IMG/VR virus record: IMGVR_UViG_3300005805_000265
Span: 1 to 33,457 of that record
Reading direction: 5' to 3' (one strand)
Source: a virus
Taxonomy: Duplodnaviria; Caudoviricetes
Length of the DNA: 33,457 bases
The notes beneath the pieces are model-generated. The model had not been told where the DNA came from, made no database searches, and was given only the letters and a program-made list of their open reading frames with translations. A program made the position numbers and the translations under genes. Shown in pieces: positions 26,320 to 32,822 of the stretch; position 1 is the stretch's first letter; every line of letters begins with the position of its first letter.

Positions 26320-27378
26320 CTATCCGAGGAGTGATTCCATGAGGGCTGTGACCGAGTCCCGGTCTCCACCCTCCAAAGCTTTCTGTAGCGACGCGGCGTC
26401 GCGTGCGCTCTTGGCGGGGATTTTCGACTTGCCTGTCACCTTCGGAGGCTCCGGCGCGGGTGACTGCGCCTTCCGGGATGGGGAAGCGGCGGGGGCTGTG
26501 GCGGATTTCGCCTTGGCCTGTGCTTCCTGACGCGCCATGCGGGCCTGCTGGCCGACAAGTGCGTCACCGATGATCAGCTCGACATTGGGATACTTGCCCA
26601 ACGCGGGGTACTGCTTGAGGATGTCCCGTAGCGCCTTGCTCTCGGCCGAGCCCTGGGTGAAGAACGCCGGGTAGGCCGTCTGGGCCTCGGCCCGACTGGT
26701 CTCCCTCTGCGCCAACCATGCCCTGCGGGACGGCCCGTGATCGGTCACGATCGCGTCGGCGGCTGCGAGGTGTCGGGCCATCTCGGCCGCATCGACATAC
26801 TCCTCACTGCCATCGGCCCCCTTCACGGTGGCCCCGTCGCGGTTGGTCATGGCCCAGGTACGCACCCGCTTGGCGGTGGCGATCCTGGCATCCAGGTCCT
26901 CGATGGACTCGACATCGGTGAGCGGATCCTCGGGAGTCGGCTGGAGCACCACCTTGGAGGCGGCGGCCAGTTCCGTCCTGAGCTTCTCGGCTTCCTCGCG
27001 GGTCTTCTCCAGCGCCTCTTCGGCCTCGCGCCGTTTGGCGGTCAGCTTGTCGATTCGCTTGAGGAGCTTGTCAGCCTTAGGGGACCGGGCCTCGCCCTTC
27101 TCTGTGTCCTCGCCGTCGGCTTCCTCCGCGTCGTCGTCCTCTTCGTCGGATGATTCCTCATCCTCCTTGGAGTCTTCCTCTTGCTTCTCCTCATCCGTCG
27201 TGGAGGCTTCCTCCTGCACGGATGGTGCTGTGTCATCGTTCCCGGAGTCTTCGGTGGCCTCGGGCTTCTCAGCCGTGGGCTCCTCTTCCTCCGTTGCGGG
27301 CTTCGCTGATTCGATCCGGATGCTCTCCGGGAGGAATGCCGCGATGTCCGTCAGACTTATCTCGTTCTCTGCTGCCAT
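26320..27378 (-). CDS. capsid scaffolding protein
   Basis: Acidic N-terminus, KRIDKLTAKRREAEE coiled coil; immediately upstream of the capsid gene. Confidence 0.8.
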   Translation of the reverse strand: MAAENEISLTDIAAFLPESIRIESAKPATEEEEPTAEKPEATEDSGNDDTAPSVQEEASTTDEEKQEEDSKEDEESSDEEDDDAEEADGEDTEKGEARSPKADKLLKRIDKLTAKRREAEEALEKTREEAEKLRTELAAASKVVLQPTPEDPLTDVESIEDLDARIATAKRVRTWAMTNRDGATVKGADGSEEYVDAAEMARHLAAADAIVTDHGPSRRAWLAQRETSRAEAQTAYPAFFTQGSAESKALRDILKQYPALGKYPNVELIIGDALVGQQARMARQEAQAKAKSATAPAASPSRKAQSPAPEPPKVTGKSKIPAKSARDAASLQKALEGGDRDSVTALMESLLG

Positions 27379-27492
27379 AGGTAAAATCCCCTAAGTGGAA
27401 ACAAGCCCCATTTGTCCCTGCTCTCCGATCAGGCTGGCCGGGCTAGGTACTGCCGCCTGATATGCGCACTCGTCAGGTATCGAGGGGGGAGG

Positions 27493-27529
27493 TGTCAATA
27501 ACTTTCTAACTGGAACCAGTTAGAAAGTT
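27493..27529 (-). promoter_or_regulatory. putative late promoter with upstream palindromic operator
   Basis: TTGACA at 27498-27493 points into scaffold/capsid; perfect palindrome AACTTTCTAACTGG-AA-CCAGTTAGAAAGTT at 27500-27529. Confidence 0.6.
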
Positions 27530-27717
27530 GAAGGATGAATGAAGAAGGATGAAGGATGAAAGGGATCCGAAACCTGAAACTGGAAACTGGAAACCTGAGT
27601 CAGAAATCTCTGCGCCTCTGCGTTTGCTTGCCCGGCCGTTGCTTCGCATCCGTTACGGCTGCGCGAGAACCTTCAGCCTTCAGCCTTCAGCCTTTCGCCT
27701 TTCGCCTTTCGCCTTTC
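27530..27717. repeat. composite spacer: GATGAAG, GAAACCT, interrupted CTCTGCG unit, CCTTCAG/CCTTTCG array
   Basis: 27670-27717 is the exact reverse complement of 24726-24773. Confidence 0.92.
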
Positions 27718-27723
27718 TGGAAA

Positions 27724-27841
27724 TGGATCGGGGGAGGATCAGGTCGCTAGGATTTCGGAACGAGGCATGAAGCCTTCTGCGTCCGTGTTTCCCCCCTCAT
27801 TGCCTCCCCCGTCCTAAGCGCGGTCAGAGCCTACTCGATCC
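27724..27841 (-). ncRNA. candidate rod-like structured RNA
   Basis: Nested pairings GGATCG/CGATCC, CGC-T-TAGGA/TCCTA-GCG, GAGGCA-A-TGAGG/CTTCA-TGCCTC; ends in CCA-TTT; no credible ORF. Confidence 0.4.
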
Positions 27842-27908
27842 GTGCTCCATTGGCGCATCAGTCCTCGGTTGACCGGCAGCCAGTCGTCGAAACGTGCTGG
27901 CGGGAAAT

Positions 27909-27983
27909 TGGTTCCCGGCTGGGCTGACCATATCAAGCTTTGACCTTGGCCCATTCAAAGAGCCTGCGTCCATAGCACCGGGA
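27909..27983 (-). ncRNA. tRNA-like element ending in ACCA (non-canonical)
   Basis: TCCCGGT/GCCGGGA 7-bp terminal stem plus A-CCA; GGCTC-TTTGAAT-GGGCC anticodon-like arm; 75 nt; D and T arms non-canonical. Confidence 0.4.
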
Positions 27984-28024
27984 TCTCTCAGGCGTCCCCG
28001 AGAAAATATGTAAAAGATCAGTAT

Positions 28025-28101
28025 CTCTGCGCCTCTGCGCCCCTGCGGGAGTCTTCAGTTTGTAGCTCTCGACTCTCGACTCTCGACCCTCGACTGTCGA
28101 C
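28025..28101. repeat. inverted CGCAGAGG unit plus TCTCGAC x5
   Basis: 28025-28047 and 28062-28101. Confidence 0.9.
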
Positions 28102-28386
28102 TCAGCTCTTAAACCGATAATGCAGCGTCGGGTAGACGCCGCGCAGTCCCGTGTCGATGCGGAAGGTGCGGTGCTCTGCCATGCCGCTTCGCACGGCCTT
28201 GGAGATCAGGACTCCGGTCCGCTTGTCGGAGAGGCCCCATGCCTCCTCCAGATCGCGGCGGGTGTACCAACCGGAGGGAACCTTCTCGGGCTTCACCAGG
28301 GGGCGGGACGGACGGGATGGCTTCCGCTTTGCTGGCCCTCGACGTTCGACCCTCGACCCTCGACGCTCCGCTTTTGCCTTCTTCAT
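28102..28386 (-). CDS. small basic, winged-helix-like protein (94 aa)
   Basis: ATG at 28386 coupled (ATGA) to the phosphoesterase stop; VPSGWYTRRDLEEAWGLS...PTLHY. Confidence 0.65.
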   Translation of the reverse strand: MKKAKAERRGSRVERRGPAKRKPSRPSRPLVKPEKVPSGWYTRRDLEEAWGLSDKRTGVLISKAVRSGMAEHRTFRIDTGLRGVYPTLHYRFKS

Positions 28387-29366
28387 TGGAACTTGGAGGC
28401 CAGTGTCCCGAGCAGTGAGCGACCCTCGATGATGGGGATATTCAGATGGAGGAACTCGCCTGAGCGGGCGACGACCTGCACGCCGAAGCCATGGCTCCAT
28501 CCGACGGGATTGGTATTTTGCCAGAGCGGCTGAAGCTCGCAGAGGCATCCCGGATTCCAAGCGGCGATGGCTCCCGTGTGGACGGGTCTGCCGGTCGAGG
28601 ACTGGGCGCGGTGGGTATGGCCGAAGACAAGCGGTGCTCCGAATGCCTGGAGCATGGAGTCGGTCGCCTGCCTCGGGGTGCGGCTGCCGTGGGTGAAGTA
28701 GCATTTCCCCAGTCGGATCGCGCCGGGCAACTTGAGTCCCATGTAGAACTCTCCCTGCCGGTAGTAGGGGATCCCGCGCTCCTTGAGATTGAGCAGGAAC
28801 TCGGGGGCGAAGGCCCGGCGCAGGAACTCGGCATCCTTGGCATTCCGCAGTGACTGGGTGACGCACCAGGTCTCGACGCGGCGTTCGTGATTCCCCTCGA
28901 TGTAATGGATGCGGGCGCGAGGCGCGGCAGTCTGGAGCGCATCGAGGAAGGCGCGGGTGGCGGCGATGTCCTGTTCGTACGTATAGGAGGCATCCGCGAC
29001 GTAGCCCAAAACATGATGCTGTGCGAGCAGTCCGCCGCAATCGACATGATCCCCGAGCAGGACGATCTCGTCGGGGTTCAGTGACTTCACATCACCGAGG
29101 CAGGCCGAGAGCGCCTGCTGATCGGCCTTGCACCCATGGGTGTCGGGGATGACGACGCGGACCAGCTCCTCGCCGGAAGAGCGGGCGCTCTTGGCCGGGA
29201 CGGGTGCCTTGGCCCTTGGCGTGGCGTGGGCACGCTCCAGCGCGGCGGCGAGCTTGGAGTTGGATTCCTCGGAGGATCGCAGTTGTTCGCGCAGACGGCG
29301 CACCTCATCGGCGGCTGCTGATTGTTCGAGCAGGGCCTTGGCCCCGAGCAGTGTTTTCTTTCCCAT
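28383..29366 (-). CDS. calcineurin-like metallophosphoesterase
   Basis: PDTH, GDHVD, GNHE, THG and GHTH motifs. ATG at 29366 follows a purine-rich SD-like sequence; the track starts at 29411. Confidence 0.85.
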   Translation of the reverse strand: MGKKTLLGAKALLEQSAAADEVRRLREQLRSSEESNSKLAAALERAHATPRAKAPVPAKSARSSGEELVRVVIPDTHGCKADQQALSACLGDVKSLNPDEIVLLGDHVDCGGLLAQHHVLGYVADASYTYEQDIAATRAFLDALQTAAPRARIHYIEGNHERRVETWCVTQSLRNAKDAEFLRRAFAPEFLLNLKERGIPYYRQGEFYMGLKLPGAIRLGKCYFTHGSRTPRQATDSMLQAFGAPLVFGHTHRAQSSTGRPVHTGAIAAWNPGCLCELQPLWQNTNPVGWSHGFGVQVVARSGEFLHLNIPIIEGRSLLGTLASKFQ

Positions 29367-29407
29367 AGTGTCCCTTTCTCCCCCGAGATGCGGGGGATGA
29401 GCGTCCG

Positions 29408-29731
29408 TCAACGCTGACGGACCGACTCCTGACGCCTGCGTTCCAACTCGTGACGCACTGTGCGGATCATGTCAAGCCCTCCTGCACAATGAGCGAGCAG
29501 ACCCGGCTTGTCGGCGACGGTCGCCGCGCTCACCAGCTCGATCTGATCGGCCTCGGCATCGGCAAGCAGCTCCTGCAATCCCCGCCACCAGAGCGGCTCA
29601 TCATCGAGCCCGACGGAGAAGGCCATCCGTCTCTCCTCCTCGGAGAGACGGTAGAAGCTGGAAGCTGGGAGATAGGAGCTGGGGCTAAAGAGGGAGCGGA
29701 GGTAGCTGAGGATGTAGGTGATGGGGTTCAT
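29408..29731 (-). CDS. hypothetical head-module protein
   Basis: 107-aa helical protein (LAHCAGGLDMI) of the type often found near portal/scaffold genes; repeat-derived SPSSYLPASS near the N-terminus. Confidence 0.6.
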   Translation of the reverse strand: MNPITYILSYLRSLFSPSSYLPASSFYRLSEEERRMAFSVGLDDEPLWWRGLQELLADAEADQIELVSAATVADKPGLLAHCAGGLDMIRTVRHELERRRQESVRQR

Positions 29732-29743
29732 GTGATTAGGGGA

Positions 29744-29835
29744 TTAGGCTGTTAGACTGTTAGACTGTTAGACTGTTAGACTGTTAGACTGTTAGACTGT
29801 TAGGGGTTGAGATGTGGAACTCAGGAAATCAGGAA
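29744..29835. repeat. GTTAGACT octamer array (6 perfect units plus flanks) and GGAACTCA module
   Basis: 29751-29798 is perfect; 29812-29835. Confidence 0.95.
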
Positions 29836-30227
29836 TATGGATTCCTGGGGTCTTTCTCCGGTTCACCCATGATCTTATTTGCCAAAGAGTTCAAAAGATA
29901 CGCAGGCTCTGAAGCGGGCAAATCCATCAAACGGGATGATGCATCAGCTTGATCCGTCGCCGATTCAAAATCATCCACCATGGATTCAGCTTGTTGAGGC
30001 GAAAGAGTTGAAAGAACCATGTAATCAAAACGCCTCTGCGTTCCAGGTAGACCCATCATCCTGCGTTCATATCGAACCGTTTCATAAGCAGGTTCAAATG
30101 ATTGTTGAGTTGACCAACTTGGGATTGATTGACGAGGCACAGGAACAACCCAAGATTGGCCTTCCCCGAGATCAATTTCACGAATTTGGCCGTGCCATGG
30201 CCCTCCGATAAAAATGTAAGATTTCAT
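29829..30227 (-). CDS. low-GC hypothetical protein (moron-like)
   Basis: 132 aa, FIGGPWHGQ N-terminus; visibly more AT-rich than neighbours; bracketed by inverted repeats. Confidence 0.7.
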   Translation of the reverse strand: MKSYIFIGGPWHGQIREIDLGEGQSWVVPVPRQSIPSWSTQQSFEPAYETVRYERRMMGLPGTQRRFDYMVLSTLSPQQAESMVDDFESATDQADASSRLMDLPASEPAYLLNSLANKIMGEPEKDPRNPYS

Positions 30228-30244
30228 ATTTTATTGAATATAGT

Positions 30245-30301
30245 TTCCTGAGTTCATGAGTTCCATATTTTCATCATTCATAATTCATCCTTCATAATTT
30301 T
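30245..30301. repeat. inverted GGAACTCA module plus inverted GATGAAG module
   Basis: 30245-30268 and 30271-30301. Confidence 0.85.
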
Positions 30302-30304
30302 TGC

Positions 30305-31921
30305 TCAGTACGTTCCACCGGAACGGACTGACAAGATTTCTCCTTCCACATTTGTCACTCCCGACAGGCAGAAGTACCGCAGGCAGTCGATTGGATCCTT
30401 GAGCGCGCCGGTCTTCCCGTCCGCGCCGGTCCATTCCTTGAGCGCATGAATGGTGTTCTTGCACTCCTCGGAGACGTAGAGCCGTGGCTGGTTCAGCGCA
30501 TCGACCGGCTTCCCCGTGTCGTAGTGGAGCCAGTCATTGATCAGGTCGATCCCCTCGTCGATATTCGTGCCGGGTGTGGCGACGAAGTTCAGGCCGATCT
30601 CGGCGCATTCCTCGATCAGCGTGGTGGCGCTCTCGCGGGCGACGGTGGCGGCATTCCCATAGCGGCTGTCCATCCAGCGCTCGAAGACCACTTCTCCCTT
30701 CTCCAGTCGCTCGATCTCCTCCTTGTAGCGCTCCAGTCCGAAGCCGAAGCTCTTCTGCGCCGGACCGGCACGGCCGTCGGCCTTCTTCCCGTCGGGCTCG
30801 GCCCATGCCCCTGCGTAGCCGACGCCGTCGATGTAGTCCTGTCCGGGCCACTCCCGATAGACAAAGGCCCGGCCCGAGTCGTCGATCAGGAGCCAGATCT
30901 GGAACCAGTTCCTACCCGAACAAGGATCCACAAACTGGTAGCGTGTCCCCTTGGTCGGGATGCGGCTCTGGGGGATGACATGGACGCGGTCACTGAAGAG
31001 GGGGAAGCGTCCGGCGATCGCCTTGGTCGGGACGCCGTAGGCTCGGCAGAGGATCTCGGGGCGGGCGGCCTTCTCCAGCTCCTCCCTCATGCGGGTCCAG
31101 CCTGCCCAGGGATTGTTCCGGGTGTGGAAATACAAGACGCTCGCCTTCCTGCGGACGCATCGCTGAATGACCGGCACCTTCTCATGGCCGGTCAGTGTCC
31201 GCTTCCCCTCGACATCGCCGTAGATCGGGAGCAGCTCGGCATCGGCCTCCTCGACCGTCTCGGCCCCGGTGAGGTAATCCTTCACCGTGGCGGAGTAACC
31301 CTCGACCGGCGTGAAGCTGACGATCAGCTTCCCATTCCGGTCGAGCAGGCGGTAGCGCATGGTGGTGAGCCAGTCGAGCGGGACCAGCTCGTCACACCAG
31401 ATGATGTCCAGCTCTCCACCCTCGATCGTGGAGACATCCTGGGCGTAGTTGCGGAACCAGCACTGGGAGCCATTCGGCAGGACGAAGGCATTCTCCGAGA
31501 AGCCGTTCTTCTGGGAGTAGGAGATATTTGTGACCTGAGTCTTCTTGGCGGTCTTCCACTCCAAGGGCATGTTGTGCCAGATGTAGGGCTGCTGCATCTC
31601 GACCGAGTTCGGAGCGGTCGTCTGGAAGCACCAGGCACGAGCACGAGGCTTCTCCACCAGCGCACGCATCACCTCGCGGGCGGCCCAGGAGGATTTCCCC
31701 GAGCGGTTCCCTCCCATGACCAGCACCTCCCGGTCATGCTCCAGCACGGCGCTGGCCCGCTTCCAGTGATCGGGGACAAAGCCATGCCGGAAGGGATCCT
31801 CCCGCTCCTTGCGGATCAGCTCCTCGCGGAGCTGGGCGGCGGCCAGCCACTGATCGGGGGGAAGTGTCGCGGGAGGAACCGGCAGTGCCGGGTGCGGGGT
31901 GGGTGTCCAGGATTTGGGCAT
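30305..31921 (-). CDS. terL: terminase large subunit
   Basis: Walker A GGNRSGKS, Walker B IIWCDE, coupling motif SFTP, nuclease VDP and KDPIDCLRY. Confidence 0.92.
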   Translation of the reverse strand: MPKSWTPTPHPALPVPPATLPPDQWLAAAQLREELIRKEREDPFRHGFVPDHWKRASAVLEHDREVLVMGGNRSGKSSWAAREVMRALVEKPRARAWCFQTTAPNSVEMQQPYIWHNMPLEWKTAKKTQVTNISYSQKNGFSENAFVLPNGSQCWFRNYAQDVSTIEGGELDIIWCDELVPLDWLTTMRYRLLDRNGKLIVSFTPVEGYSATVKDYLTGAETVEEADAELLPIYGDVEGKRTLTGHEKVPVIQRCVRRKASVLYFHTRNNPWAGWTRMREELEKAARPEILCRAYGVPTKAIAGRFPLFSDRVHVIPQSRIPTKGTRYQFVDPCSGRNWFQIWLLIDDSGRAFVYREWPGQDYIDGVGYAGAWAEPDGKKADGRAGPAQKSFGFGLERYKEEIERLEKGEVVFERWMDSRYGNAATVARESATTLIEECAEIGLNFVATPGTNIDEGIDLINDWLHYDTGKPVDALNQPRLYVSEECKNTIHALKEWTGADGKTGALKDPIDCLRYFCLSGVTNVEGEILSVRSGGTY

Positions 31922-31975
31922 GGGGGGAAAATGATGAAGGATGAATGAAAAATGATGAAATGGGGGAGACTGAGG

Positions 31976-32194
31976 CTATTTCTTGCGGAGTGAGCCGAAG
32001 ATCTCGTTGAACATCCCGTAGGTCTCGGCTCCGGATGCAGGCGTGGACGGTCGGGATGACTCGACTCCATGGCGGAATCCGTGATCCCAGACGGAGACAA
32101 AGAACTTCCTGATCCCCGCACTGGTGAAGTGGGGATTGTCGGCCAGTTTCGGGTTGCTCTTGAGGAGTTTCTTCCAGAGGTCTTCTCGGTTCAT
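31976..32194 (-). CDS. hypothetical protein
   Basis: 72-aa ATG ORF upstream of terL. Confidence 0.65.
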   Translation of the reverse strand: MNREDLWKKLLKSNPKLADNPHFTSAGIRKFFVSVWDHGFRHGVESSRPSTPASGAETYGMFNEIFGSLRKK

Positions 32195-32225
32195 AGGGAA
32201 AGGCTAAAGGCTGAAGGCTGTTAGG

Positions 32226-32822
32226 TCAGAGGATCTTCTCAGGCTTCACGAAGCGCTTCATGGCGTTGAGCAGGTCGCAATGACGCTCACACGTTTCTTC
32301 GTTGTCGAAGGCCGCTTCCATCGGCCAGTCGGCAGTCGTGCCCAGGTTCTCATCCATGAAGTCGATATAATCGCGCATCAGTCTGAGGAGCCTCTTGGTC
32401 CTGTCCCGTTCTGCTTCCAGGTCCAGTTCTGACATGACTGCTCGTTGCTTCCAACCGATCAGGAACTCGATCTCTCTCTGGGCATTCTCACAGGTTTTGC
32501 GGTGCGCCTCGCGCTCGCGGCAGAGGTGCGTTCTGCCATCCTCATCGCGCTGGGTTGTGTGGGCCTTGCAGGTCCAGTACGCACTAAGCGGGTCGGTCCT
32601 CGGGGATCCACAATGAGGGCAGGCGTCGGTGCGTGGGGCAGGCGCTAGGGGTTTAGGCTCTAGACTGTTAGGCTTGCTGGCCCTCGACCCTCGACTTTGC
32701 AGGCCCGGCCGTTGCTTCGCATCCGTTACGGCGACTCTCGACTTCCTAAAGATCCCATCCCAATTCTCCCGATACTCCCGGCTGAAGCAGCTCCTCGGGC
32801 TGTCACCCTTCCCGGCGCTCAT
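32226..32822 (-). CDS. hypothetical protein: GKGDxPR..Y..NWD.IF peptide, repeat-derived linker, Cys-rich (Zn-ribbon-like) domain
   Basis: ATG at 32822 coupled (ATGA) to the upstream stop; CPHCGS...C...C. Confidence 0.65.
   Translation of the reverse strand: MSAGKGDSPRSCFSREYRENWDGIFRKSRVAVTDAKQRPGLQSRGSRASKPNSLEPKPLAPAPRTDACPHCGSPRTDPLSAYWTCKAHTTQRDEDGRTHLCREREAHRKTCENAQREIEFLIGWKQRAVMSELDLEAERDRTKRLLRLMRDYIDFMDENLGTTADWPMEAAFDNEETCERHCDLLNAMKRFVKPEKIL
32645..32742. repeat. in-frame repeat block with nested 33-bp hairpin element
   Basis: TAGG/TAGAC-type units, then CTCGAC unit 32677-32742 interrupted at 32699-32731. Confidence 0.85.

Noticed and set aside
15073-27770. Short ORFs translated from repeat spacers (e.g. 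15073..15321, 20084..20272, 24776..24988, 27549..27770)
   Set aside because: Their peptides (KAKGKRRKAKG, FSLQPSAF, LCASA) are just translations of the repeat modules.
28387-29040. 312-aa ORF 28102..29040 as one gene
   Set aside because: The upstream part is an alternate frame of the phosphoesterase; the coupled ATG at 28386 is the plausible start.
6914-31948. Long plus-strand ORFs (e.g. 6914..8065, 12206..13399, 25300..26271, 30446..31948)
   Set aside because: Antisense shadows of well-supported minus-strand genes in GC-rich DNA, with no recognisable motifs.
12154-32232. Repeats as a CRISPR array
   Set aside because: No regular repeat-spacer periodicity; the units are internally tandem and separated by whole genes; no cas genes.
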